From contig CAAGKL010000099.1 in NCBI GenBank assembly GCA_900770405.1, forward strand, positions 1 through 51,167: DNA of 51,167 nucleotides, in the 5' to 3' direction. The notes below the pieces were generated by a model, which saw only the letters and a program-made list of their open reading frames with translations, made no database searches and was not told the origin of the DNA. Below are positions 24,289 to 33,151 of the stretch, piece by piece. How positions within the stretch are numbered: position 1 is the stretch's first letter; the number at the start of each line of letters is the position of its first letter. The DNA is from Clostridia bacterium. Its GTDB lineage: Bacteria > Bacillota > Clostridia > UBA1381. A program made the position numbers and the translations under genes.

Positions 24289-26439
24289 TTAAAAGCCCTT
24301 CATCGTAAGCGAAATGCGCTTTTTCGCGACGTCGACGCTGAGAATTTTCACGCGCACGATGTCGCCGACGCTGAGCACGTCGAGCGGGTGCTTGATATAT
24401 TTATCGCAAATCTGCGAGATGTGCACGAGCCCGTCCTGGTGCACACCGATGTCGACGAACGCACCGAAATCTATGACGTTGCGCACCGTCCCGGTCATAA
24501 TCATTCCCGGCTTGAGTTCGGAAATGTCCATAAGCTCGGAGAGCATCACCGGCTCGGGCAGCTCGTCGCGCGGGTCGCGGCCGCGCTTTATGAGCGCATC
24601 GCAGATGTCATACAGGGTCGGCTCGCCGATGCCGAGCTCCTCCGCCATTCGCGCCGCGCCGTACGCCTTGAGCTTTTTCTTCAGATCGCCGAGCTGCCCG
24701 CCCTGCAGCTCATCGGCGGCATAGCCGAGCTTTTCTAAAAGTGCGCGCGCCGCCTTGTAGCTTTCCGGGTGCACCGAGGTGTTGTCCAGAAGCTCGCTGC
24801 CGTCGATGATGCGCAAAAAGCCCGCGCACTGCAAAAATGCCTTCTCGCCGAGCTTGGGCACCTTCAAAAGCTCGCGCCGCGCGCGGAATTTGCCGTTTTG
24901 CTCGCGGTAGAGCGCGATATTTTTCGCGACGGCGGAATTGATGCCCGAAATGTAGGACAAAAGTGACGGCGAGGCGGTGTTCAGGTCGACGCCGACGCTG
25001 TTCACGCAGTCCTCGACCACGCCGCCGAGCGCCTCGCCGAGCTGCTTCTGGTTCATATCGTGCTGATACTGCCCGACGCCGATCGCCTTCGGGTCGATTT
25101 TAACCAGCTCCGCGAGCGGGTCCTGTATGCGGCGCGCGATTGATACGGCGCTGCGCAGTGCGACGTCAAATTCGGGAAATTCCTCCGAGGCGAGCTTTGA
25201 CGCGGAGTAAACCGACGCGCCCGCCTCGCTGACTACCATATAATAAAGCCGCTTGCCGCTTTCCTTAATCATCTCGCACACAAGCTTTTCCGTCTCCTTC
25301 GACGCGGTGCCGTTGCCTATCGAGATCAGGTTCACGCCGTGCTTTTCGATGAGCGAAATCAGAATTTTTTTCGCCTTTTCGCGGTCGTGATTGGGCAGGG
25401 TGCAATAGACGATGCCCGTGTCGCACACCTTGCCGGTGTCGTCAACGACGGCGACCTTGCAGCCGGTGCGGTAGCCGGGGTCGAGCCCGAGTACGGTCTT
25501 GCCGCGGACGGGCGGCTGCAAAAGCAGGGCGGAGAGGTTTTTCGCAAATACCTTTATTGCCTCGCCGCCGGCGCGCTCGGTGAGAATATTGCGCACCTCG
25601 GTCTCGACCGACGGAGCAATCAGGCGGCTGTAGCTGTCCTCCACGGTGCGCTCGAGGTAGGCTTTCGCGGGCGCGGCGGGATTTTTTATCAGATGCCGCC
25701 TGAGATACCCGGTGCAGAGCTCCTCGTCAAGCGTGAGTTTCACCGAAAGAAAACCGTCCTTTTCGCCGCGGTTTATCGCGAGAATACGGTGGTTTGCGAG
25801 CTTTGAAAGCGGCTCGGAAAAATCGTAATAGCCCGAGTAGACGCTGTCCTCGTCCTTTGCGGCGCTTGTCGAAATTGCGGCGTTTGCCAGCGTCAGCGAG
25901 CGGATTACGCGCCGCGCATCGGCGTTATCGGAGAGCATCTCCGCGATGATGTCGCACGCGCCGTCGAGCGCGTCCGTAGCGGTGAGAACCTCTTTTTCTT
26001 CATTAATATATTCCGCCGCCGCGCCCTCCAAATCCTCGCCGCTCTTTTGCGCGAGCAGGAGCATTGCGAGCGGCTCGAGCCCCTTCTCCTTTGCGATTGT
26101 CGCGCGGGTGCGGCGCTTCGGGCGGTAGGGACGGTAGATGTCATCGAGCTCGGTGCGGGTTTTCGCCGCCTCAAGCTGGGCGCGCAGCTCATCGGTGAGC
26201 TTGCCCTGCTCGTCAATCAGGCGGATTATGTCGGCGCGCTTTTCCGCGAGCGCGCGCAGCGCGGTGAGCCGTGCGTATAGGTCGCGCAGCACATCGTCGG
26301 ACAGAGAGCCGGTTTTTTCCTTGCGGTAGCGCGCGATAAAGGGGATTGTGTTGCCGTCGTCGATGAGCGCGACGGTGTTCTCCACCTGCTGCTGCGCAAG
26401 CTTAAATTCCTCGGTAAGTATTTCGCAGATTTTATCCAT
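24289..26439 (-). CDS. tex: Tex-like RNA-binding transcriptional accessory protein
   Basis: 716 aa. N-terminal Tex domain, YqgF/RuvX-like core, HhH repeats, and a C-terminal S1 domain (GMIMTGTVRNVIDFGAFVDIG). Confidence 0.92.
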   Translation of the reverse strand: MDKICEILTEEFKLAQQQVENTVALIDDGNTIPFIARYRKEKTGSLSDDVLRDLYARLTALRALAEKRADIIRLIDEQGKLTDELRAQLEAAKTRTELDDIYRPYRPKRRTRATIAKEKGLEPLAMLLLAQKSGEDLEGAAAEYINEEKEVLTATDALDGACDIIAEMLSDNADARRVIRSLTLANAAISTSAAKDEDSVYSGYYDFSEPLSKLANHRILAINRGEKDGFLSVKLTLDEELCTGYLRRHLIKNPAAPAKAYLERTVEDSYSRLIAPSVETEVRNILTERAGGEAIKVFAKNLSALLLQPPVRGKTVLGLDPGYRTGCKVAVVDDTGKVCDTGIVYCTLPNHDREKAKKILISLIEKHGVNLISIGNGTASKETEKLVCEMIKESGKRLYYMVVSEAGASVYSASKLASEEFPEFDVALRSAVSIARRIQDPLAELVKIDPKAIGVGQYQHDMNQKQLGEALGGVVEDCVNSVGVDLNTASPSLLSYISGINSAVAKNIALYREQNGKFRARRELLKVPKLGEKAFLQCAGFLRIIDGSELLDNTSVHPESYKAARALLEKLGYAADELQGGQLGDLKKKLKAYGAARMAEELGIGEPTLYDICDALIKRGRDPRDELPEPVMLSELMDISELKPGMIMTGTVRNVIDFGAFVDIGVHQDGLVHISQICDKYIKHPLDVLSVGDIVRVKILSVDVAKKRISLTMKGF

Positions 26440-26519
26440 ATTAATCTCCCAAAATAAAAATATTACCTATATTATACACCAAATTTTCCCCGTGCACAAG
26501 AGAAAAGCGCAAAAATTAA

Positions 26520-26548
26520 TTGACCTCGGGCGCGATGTGTGGTAAAAT
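26520..26548 (+). promoter_or_regulatory. sigma-A type promoter upstream of the S24/S26-like gene
   Basis: TTGACC, 17-nt spacer with TGg, TAAAAT. Confidence 0.55.
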
Positions 26549-26580
26549 AAATTTAATATTTCGGAAAGGAAGTCACCGTG

Positions 26581-27051
26581 ATGCATAAAGAGGTTGTGAG
26601 CGCGCGGCTGGAGGAGCTCTGGCCGATAATGGAGGAGCAGATTAACGCCGGCGGCGCGGTGAAATTCGGACCGAAGGGGACGAGTATGCTGCCGATGATA
26701 CGGCAGGGCATCGACAGTGTTGAGATAAAAAAAGCGCCCGCGCGGCTGAAAAAATACGACCTGCCGCTTTATCGGCGCAAAAACGGACAGTTTGTGCTGC
26801 ACCGCGTGATTGCGGTCGGCACGGACGGCTACACGATGCGCGGCGACAACCAGACGGCGAGCGAGCACGGGGTCACGCACGGGCAGATTCTGGCGATTGT
26901 GACGGGCCTTTGGCGCGGGGAGGAGTACGTGAGCATCGGGGACGCTGAGTATCGGCGCTATTGCCGCCGGCGGGTAAGGCGGCAGAGCCTGCGCGGGAGC
27001 ATTTTTTGGCGCGCGCTCAGGAAAGCAAAGCGGATAATTTCGGGTAAATGA
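26581..27051 (+). CDS. S24/S26 family peptidase-like protein (no HTH, no TM anchor)
   Basis: GTSMLPMI Ser motif, LHRVI and RGDN blocks as in signal-peptidase/LexA-type folds. Arg-rich C-terminal tail. Confidence 0.6.
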   Translation: MHKEVVSARLEELWPIMEEQINAGGAVKFGPKGTSMLPMIRQGIDSVEIKKAPARLKKYDLPLYRRKNGQFVLHRVIAVGTDGYTMRGDNQTASEHGVTHGQILAIVTGLWRGEEYVSIGDAEYRRYCRRRVRRQSLRGSIFWRALRKAKRIISGK

Positions 27052-27114
27052 GCCTTTTTGCGGTATTTTTTTCGCGGAAACCGGGGAAAATATGCTGCAG
27101 GGAGGCGATTTTTT

Positions 27115-27543
27115 TTGCTTGGAGTAATAATGTGCATAATTTCGGGCGCGGCAATGAGCGTCCAGGGCGTGTTCAACACGCGCCTGTCGGAGCAGACGGG
27201 GCTTCTGGAGTCGAATTTTATAGTGCAGGCGACGGCGCTTGTGCTGGCGGCGGTGTCGCTGTTCTGGTCGGAGGGGAATATGGCGCGGGCGCTGTCGGTG
27301 AATAAGCTGTACCTGACCGGGGGCGTGCTCGCGATGGTGATTACGCTGACCGTGATGCTCGGGATAAAAAACCTGACCCCGACCATCGCGATAAGCATAA
27401 TTCTGATTTCGCAGCTCGCCGCGGCGGCGCTGATTGACGCTTTCGGGCTCTTCGGCACGGAAAAGGCGGTGTTCGGCATTCGGAAAATCATCGGGCTTTG
27501 CGTGATGCTCGGCGGAATACTGCTCTTTTCGTACAAAAAGTAG
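27115..27543 (+). CDS. DMT-superfamily small membrane transporter (DUF606/YdcZ-like)
   Basis: TTG start 9 nt after GGAGG. About five TM helices. Pattern: MSVQGVFNTRLSEQTG...ISQLAAAALIDAFGLFG. Confidence 0.65.
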   Translation: MLGVIMCIISGAAMSVQGVFNTRLSEQTGLLESNFIVQATALVLAAVSLFWSEGNMARALSVNKLYLTGGVLAMVITLTVMLGIKNLTPTIAISIILISQLAAAALIDAFGLFGTEKAVFGIRKIIGLCVMLGGILLFSYKK

Positions 27544-27570
27544 AATTCGGTCATATTTTGCGGTATTCGC

Positions 27571-27599
27571 TTGACAATCGCGGAAGAATGTAATAAAAT
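27571..27599 (+). promoter_or_regulatory. sigma-A type promoter upstream of dxs
   Basis: TTGACA, 17-nt spacer, TAAAAT. Confidence 0.6.
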
Positions 27600-27609
27600 A
27601 AGGAGAGAA

Positions 27610-27645
27610 GCCGGCGTGTTTGTTTTTGCAAGCGACGGCTTTTTT
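27610..27645 (+). terminator. leader hairpin plus T6 between the dxs promoter and start (candidate attenuator)
   Basis: GCCGGCG...CGACGGC stem (6 of 7 pairs, 16-nt loop) followed by TTTTTT. It lies inside a 29-codon upstream ORF. Confidence 0.35.
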
Positions 27646-27701
27646 GCGGAATATAAACGGGAGGGTTTTGTGACGCCCTGCGGGCGAAATGAGGTATTGA
27701 A

Positions 27702-29558
27702 ATGACGGATTATCTTGCGGGGATTTCCTCCCCCGCCGATATAAAAAAGCTGACCGAGCCGCAGCTGGAGGCGCTGTCGGGGCAAATCCGCAGTTTTCTG
27801 ATTGAAAACGTGACGAAAACCGGCGGACACCTCGCGTCGAACCTCGGCGTTGTTGAGGCGACGGTGGCGCTTTTGGCGGTGTTTGAGCCGCCGAAGGACA
27901 AAATTATATGGGATGTCGGGCATCAGTCCTACGTCTATAAGCTGCTCACCGGCAGGCGGGACGGCTTTAAAACGTTGCGCAAATTCGGCGGAATGAGCGG
28001 CTTTCCGAAAACGGCGGAGAGTGAGTACGACTGCTTCAACACCGGGCATAGCTCGACCTCTGCGTCTGCGGCGGTCGGAATGGCGCGTGCGCGCGACCTT
28101 TTGGGCGAAAAAAATGACGTTATCGCGTTTTTCGGTGACGGCGCGCTCACCGGCGGTATGATGTACGAGGCGATGAACGATGCCGGCAGGAGCAAAACCA
28201 AGGTGATTTTTGTGCTCAACGACAACGAAATGTCGATTTCGCGCAATGTCGGCGCGCTGTCGAAGTATCTGCGTGCGCTCAGGCAAAAGCCGATGTACTT
28301 TAAATCGAAGGAAATCGTGCTCGATTTCCTGTCGAAATTCCCGCGCGGCGGCGTGCGTATGGCGCATTTTCTGCGCGGCGTAAAGCGTGCAATCCGCTCG
28401 AGTGTGCTGCCGACAACAATTTTTGACGATTTGGGCTTTGACTATTACGGCCCGATTGACGGGCATAATTTCCGGCAGCTTTTCGCGGCGTTTTCGCACG
28501 CGCGCGACAGCAGCAGCTCGGTTTTTATACATATCATAACGAAAAAGGGCAAGGGCTACCCGGCGGCGGAGCAGAATCCGCAGGATTTTCACGGAATTTC
28601 GGCGGCGGGCGGCGTAAAAACGAAGGACTATTCGGAGGTGTTCGGCGAGAAGCTCTGCGCGCTTGCCGAGGAAAATCCGCGCATCGCCGCGATTACGGGC
28701 GCGATGCCCGCCGGAACGGGGCTGCTCGAATTCAGGCGGCGGTTTAAAAGGCGGTATTTCGACGTCGGGATTGCCGAGGGGCACGCGGTCACGATGGCGG
28801 CGGGAATGGCGATGGCGGGGCTTGTGCCGGTCGTGCCGCTGTATTCGTCCTTTTTGCAGCGCGCCTATGACCAGACTCTGCACGACGTTTGTCTGCAAAA
28901 TCTGCACGTCGTGTTCCCGATAGACCGCGCCGGCGTGGTCGGGGCGGACGGCGAAACGCACCAGGGAATGTACGATATTTCCTTCCTGCGCGCGATGCCG
29001 AATATGACGATTTTGTCACCGTCGTCCTTTTCCGAGCTTGAGCAGATGCTCGATTACGCGGTGAATGTGCACAAAGGCCCAATTGCGATACGCTATCCGC
29101 GCGGCTCAGCGCAGGCGGATATTCCGGCGCAGCCGTTTGAGCTCGGCAAGGCGCGCGTGGTGCGCGAGGGCACGGATGCGGTGATTTTCACGACGGGGCG
29201 TATGACGGATACGGCGCTTTGCGCGGCGCGCGAGTGCGAAAAGGACGGAATAAGCGTCGAAGTGTGCGTGTTTGCGACGATTTTGCCGCTTGATGCGGAG
29301 TTTGTGCGCGAGCGTGCGCGCGGTAAAAGGGCGGCGCTTTCGATAGAGGATGGAGTGCGCGCCGGCGGCTTCGGCGAGGCGCTTGCGGATATTTTTGCGC
29401 TCGACGGAGCGCCGCTGCCGCTGGTGATAAAGGCTTTTGACGAAAAGCCCGTTCCGCACGGGAGCATAAGCGAGCTGGACAGGCTGTTCGGTATGGATTA
29501 CCTGAGCGTTGCCGGGGATTTGAAGGAGAAGATTAATGAGCAAAAAGGTACGCCTTGA
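27702..29558 (+). CDS. dxs: 1-deoxy-D-xylulose-5-phosphate synthase
   Basis: 618 aa. GHQSYVYKLLTGR, TPP-binding GDGALTGGM...NDN, and a transketolase-like C-domain. Confidence 0.95.
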   Translation: MTDYLAGISSPADIKKLTEPQLEALSGQIRSFLIENVTKTGGHLASNLGVVEATVALLAVFEPPKDKIIWDVGHQSYVYKLLTGRRDGFKTLRKFGGMSGFPKTAESEYDCFNTGHSSTSASAAVGMARARDLLGEKNDVIAFFGDGALTGGMMYEAMNDAGRSKTKVIFVLNDNEMSISRNVGALSKYLRALRQKPMYFKSKEIVLDFLSKFPRGGVRMAHFLRGVKRAIRSSVLPTTIFDDLGFDYYGPIDGHNFRQLFAAFSHARDSSSSVFIHIITKKGKGYPAAEQNPQDFHGISAAGGVKTKDYSEVFGEKLCALAEENPRIAAITGAMPAGTGLLEFRRRFKRRYFDVGIAEGHAVTMAAGMAMAGLVPVVPLYSSFLQRAYDQTLHDVCLQNLHVVFPIDRAGVVGADGETHQGMYDISFLRAMPNMTILSPSSFSELEQMLDYAVNVHKGPIAIRYPRGSAQADIPAQPFELGKARVVREGTDAVIFTTGRMTDTALCAARECEKDGISVEVCVFATILPLDAEFVRERARGKRAALSIEDGVRAGGFGEALADIFALDGAPLPLVIKAFDEKPVPHGSISELDRLFGMDYLSVAGDLKEKINEQKGTP

Positions 29559-30345
29559 CGTTTTGGTGCACAGTCTCGGGCTGTGCGAGAGCCGCGAGCG
29601 TGCACGCGCGGTGATAATGGCGGGGCAGGTTTATATTGATAACATAAAGCACGACAAGGCGGGCGATATGGTGCCGGAGGACTGCACGCCGGAAATCCGC
29701 GGCGAAACGCTGCACTATGTCAGCCGCGGCGGGCTTAAGCTCGAGAAGGCGATGCGCGAGTTCCCGATTGAGCTAGGCGGCAGGGTATGTATGGACATCG
29801 GCGCGTCGACCGGCGGGTTCACCGACTGTATGCTGCAAAATGGTGCGGCGAAGGTCTACTCGGTAGACGTCGGCTACGGTCAGCTGGCGTGGAAGCTGCG
29901 CGGTGACGAGCGCGTCGTGAATATGGAGCGCACGAATATCCGGTACGTAACGGAGGAGGACATCGGCGAGGAGATTGACTTTGCGTCGATTGACGTGTCC
30001 TTTATTTCGCTTGCGCTGGTGCTGCCGGTGGCGTACAGGCTGCTCAGCGCGGGCGGGCGGTGCGTTGCGCTGATTAAGCCGCAGTTCGAGGCGGGGCGCG
30101 CGCAGGTCGGGAAAAAGGGCGTGGTGCGCGATTTGAACGTGCACTGCGAGGTAATTGAAAAGGTGGTAAAAATCGCGCGGGAAATCGGCTTCGGCGTGCT
30201 GGGGCTGTCCTTTTCGCCGATAAAAGGCCCCGAGGGGAACATAGAATATTTGATTTATCTGGGGAAAAACGCGGCGGGCGCGGAGCTTTCCGAAACACCG
30301 CGTGAGCTTGCCGAGCGGTCGCACAGCGTCCTCGGCGAAAAGTGA
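29536..30345 (+). CDS. tlyA: TlyA family rRNA (cytidine-2'-O)-methyltransferase
   Basis: N-terminal S4-like VRLDVLVHSLGL and FtsJ-type SAM motif DIGASTGGFTD. It overlaps the dxs 3' end by 23 nt. Confidence 0.9.
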   Translation: MSKKVRLDVLVHSLGLCESRERARAVIMAGQVYIDNIKHDKAGDMVPEDCTPEIRGETLHYVSRGGLKLEKAMREFPIELGGRVCMDIGASTGGFTDCMLQNGAAKVYSVDVGYGQLAWKLRGDERVVNMERTNIRYVTEEDIGEEIDFASIDVSFISLALVLPVAYRLLSAGGRCVALIKPQFEAGRAQVGKKGVVRDLNVHCEVIEKVVKIAREIGFGVLGLSFSPIKGPEGNIEYLIYLGKNAAGAELSETPRELAERSHSVLGEK

Positions 30346-30361
30346 GCCGGAGGGGGATTTT

Positions 30362-31243
30362 ATGCTGTATGACGATATTTACATAAACGGCGATACCGCC
30401 CGCGCGCGGTCCTATGCGAAGATTAACCTGACGCTCGACGTGCTCGGCAGACGCAAGGACGGCTATCACGAGGTGAGGATGCTTATGCAGAGCACGGCGC
30501 TGTGCGATAATATCACCGTGCGGCGGACGCACGGTGGGATACGCGTTGCGTCGAATGTCGGCTTTCTGCCGACCGACGGGCGGAATATTGCCTATAAGGC
30601 GGCGCAGCTGTTTTTGCAGCGGTATGCGCCCGATGCGGGCGTGCGGATTTTTATAGAGAAGAATATCCCGGTCGCGGCGGGGCTTGCCGGCGGGAGCGGA
30701 AATGCGGCGGCGGTTCTGTGCGCGATGGACAGGCTGTTTGGGACGGGCTTATCAGACGAAGAACTCGCGACGATGGGGCTGGAGCTCGGCGCGGATGTGC
30801 CCTATTGCATTATGGGCGGCACGGCGCTGTGCGAGGGCATCGGCGAGAAAATCACGCCCGCCGCGCCAATGCCGCGCACGACGGTGTTGCTCGTAAAGCC
30901 GCCGATAAGCGTGTCGACGGCGGAGGTTTACGCGGCGATTGACAGCTGCGACAGCCTTGCGCACCCCGACACCGACGCGGTGCTTGCGGCGATCCGCGAG
31001 GGCGAAACGACGAAAATTGCCGCCGGGCTTTCAAATGTGATGGAGGAGGTGACGGCGGAAAAATACCCGGTAATCCGCGGGATAAAGGAAAAGCTTATGA
31101 AAAACGGCGCGCTCGGCGCGGTGATGAGCGGCTCGGGGCCGACGGTGTTCGGCATATTCGACGATGAGCGCGCAGCAAAGCGGGCGGCGGACAGCTTTTA
31201 CACCTTCTACAAAGAGGTGTACCTCACAAAAACGTACAATTAG
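30362..31243 (+). CDS. ispE: 4-(cytidine 5'-diphospho)-2-C-methyl-D-erythritol kinase
   Basis: Start re-set to the ATG after GGAGGGGGA. AKINLTLDVLGRRKDGYHE; GHMP motif PVAAGLAGGSGNAAA. Confidence 0.92.
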   Translation: MLYDDIYINGDTARARSYAKINLTLDVLGRRKDGYHEVRMLMQSTALCDNITVRRTHGGIRVASNVGFLPTDGRNIAYKAAQLFLQRYAPDAGVRIFIEKNIPVAAGLAGGSGNAAAVLCAMDRLFGTGLSDEELATMGLELGADVPYCIMGGTALCEGIGEKITPAAPMPRTTVLLVKPPISVSTAEVYAAIDSCDSLAHPDTDAVLAAIREGETTKIAAGLSNVMEEVTAEKYPVIRGIKEKLMKNGALGAVMSGSGPTVFGIFDDERAAKRAADSFYTFYKEVYLTKTYN

Positions 31244-31267
31244 GCAGCGAAAAAGGGGATTTTGGAA

Positions 31268-32443
31268 ATGCAAAACTATGGAATTTTCAAGGATATTGCA
31301 ATAATTCTTGTAATGGCAAAGCTTTTCGGCATAGCCGCAAGACGGCTGAAAGCGCCACAGGTCGTGGGCGAAATAATCGCCGGGCTGGTTATCGGGCCCT
31401 GCCTGCTCGGCTGGGTCGCGCAAAGCGATTTCATCTCGCAGATGGCGGAAATCGGCGTGATTATACTGATGTTCTCGGCAGGGCTCGAGACGGATATAAA
31501 GGATTTGGTGAAAACCGGGCCTGTGGCATTCGCGATAGCCTGCTCAGGCGTGTTCGTGCCGCTTGTTGGAGGAACGCTCTTGTATATGGCGTTTTATGGC
31601 TGGGCGTCGGTCGGCTCGGAGGAGTTTTATAAGGCGGTTTTCATCGGCACGATTCTGACCGCGACCTCGGTGAGCATCACCGTGCAGACGCTGCGCGAGC
31701 TGGGGCATCTGAAAGGGAAAATCGGCACGACGATTATGAGCGCGGCGGTCATCGACGATGTTATCGGCATAATCGTGCTCACCTTCGTCATCGGCTTCAA
31801 ATCGCCCGACGCGGACGTCGGCAGGGTGGTCGTGAATACGGTGCTGTTTATGGCGGTGGCGGGCGTCGGCGGCTTTATTGCGTACAGGCTGATGAAAATT
31901 TTCGACGCGAAATACCCGCACACAAGGCGTATTCCGATTGTCGGGCTGGCGCTGTGCCTGTTTATGGCGTATGCGGCGGAGACGTTTTTCGGCATAGCCG
32001 ACATCACCGGCGCGTATGTGGCGGGCATAATTCTGTGCAGCATCAGGGACTCGGACTATATCGCCGAGAAGATGGATATAAATTCCTATATGATTTTCGG
32101 CCCGCTGTTTTTTGCCAGCATTGGGCTTAAAACGAATATCGATAATTTCGACCTGCCGATTTTGCTGTTCTCGGTCTGCTTTGTTGCGGTTGGGATAATT
32201 ACGAAGATTATCGGCTGCGGGCTTATGGCGAAAATCTGCCGCTACAGCACGAAGGACTCGCTGAAAATCGGCGTCGGAATGATGGCGCGCGGCGAGGTTG
32301 CGCTGATAGTGTCGCAGAAGGGGCTTTCCGCCGGAATGATGTCGCCGGTTTACTTCACGTCGGTAATTCTGTTGATTATGGTATCCTCGGTAATCAGCCC
32401 GATTTTGCTGAAAATCCTGTTCGGAGAGAAAAAGAAAGCGTAA
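31268..32443 (+). CDS. cation:proton antiporter (Na_H_Exchanger / CPA2-type membrane domain)
   Basis: About 391 aa with 11-12 TM helices. N-terminal PQVVGEIIAGLVIGP motif typical of Kef/NapA-type exchangers. No RCK domain. Confidence 0.85.
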   Translation: MQNYGIFKDIAIILVMAKLFGIAARRLKAPQVVGEIIAGLVIGPCLLGWVAQSDFISQMAEIGVIILMFSAGLETDIKDLVKTGPVAFAIACSGVFVPLVGGTLLYMAFYGWASVGSEEFYKAVFIGTILTATSVSITVQTLRELGHLKGKIGTTIMSAAVIDDVIGIIVLTFVIGFKSPDADVGRVVVNTVLFMAVAGVGGFIAYRLMKIFDAKYPHTRRIPIVGLALCLFMAYAAETFFGIADITGAYVAGIILCSIRDSDYIAEKMDINSYMIFGPLFFASIGLKTNIDNFDLPILLFSVCFVAVGIITKIIGCGLMAKICRYSTKDSLKIGVGMMARGEVALIVSQKGLSAGMMSPVYFTSVILLIMVSSVISPILLKILFGEKKKA

Positions 32444-32452
32444 AGAGGCAAT

Positions 32453-32485
32453 AAAAAAACTGCGGCTGCAACCGCAGTTTTTTTT
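32453..32485. terminator. bidirectional intrinsic terminator shared by the antiporter gene and the V-ATPase operon
   Basis: A7-CTGCGGctgcaaCCGCAG-T8, between convergent stops at 32443 (+) and 32484 (-). Confidence 0.8.
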
Positions 32486-33149
32486 ATTGCTCCGATACGT
32501 GCTTTGCCTCGATATTCTCGGCAATCATCATATCCTTCACCTTCATCAGGCGCACGGTATTCGACCGCTCCGCCTCGTCAAGCTTCATCGTGATGCGCTT
32601 GATTGTGTCGCGGTAATTCGGAATCATAACATACTCCAGCGCATTTACGCGCCTGCGCGTGCGCTCAATTTCGCCCGCCAAAAGCGCCGCCGACTTCTCC
32701 AGCTCGGCAAGATGCAGCATATCGCCGAACACGCCGGAAAGCGACGAAATCGCGCTGTCAAGCTCCGCCCCGGTGAAAGCGTAGCCGTAGGAGAAAATAT
32801 CGCCCTCGGCAGCAGAACGCGTTTTCGCGGTGAAAACCGGCACGTCAACGCTCATAATATTTCTGCTCGTCACCTCGACGGCAATCTCCTGCTTCGGCAA
32901 AAGCAGCGCCGAATCGATGACCTCCTTTTGCAGAACCGACGCCGCAACCGCCAGCGAGCGGTTCGAGTCGGACAGCCCCGCCTCGACTTTTTCGCGCAGC
33001 GCCTTCGCCTCACGCACGATATCCAAAAACTGCCGCATCAGCTCATCGCGCTTGTCCTTTAAAAGTCTGTGCCCGCGCGTCGCAACCGCAAGGCTTTTTT
33101 TAATCCTTGCCAGCTCCATACGCGTGGGGTTTACATTCAGCTCTGCCAT
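32484..33149 (-). CDS. ntpD: V-type ATPase subunit D
   Basis: MAELNVNPTRMELARIKK N-terminus and coiled-coil composition. It is the last gene of the operon. ATG at 33149 chosen; TTG at 33155 is an alternative. Confidence 0.9.
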   Translation of the reverse strand: MAELNVNPTRMELARIKKSLAVATRGHRLLKDKRDELMRQFLDIVREAKALREKVEAGLSDSNRSLAVAASVLQKEVIDSALLLPKQEIAVEVTSRNIMSVDVPVFTAKTRSAAEGDIFSYGYAFTGAELDSAISSLSGVFGDMLHLAELEKSAALLAGEIERTRRRVNALEYVMIPNYRDTIKRITMKLDEAERSNTVRLMKVKDMMIAENIEAKHVSEQ

Positions 33150-33151
33150 AA

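Noticed and set aside
26581-27051. S24-like protein as a LexA or phage-repressor type regulator
   Set aside because: No N-terminal HTH domain is present. Only the peptidase-like fold motifs are recognisable.
26958-28961. 667-aa ORF antisense to the DMT and dxs genes
   Set aside because: No recognisable domains and an extreme Arg/His/Pro composition. It overlaps two well-supported plus-strand genes.
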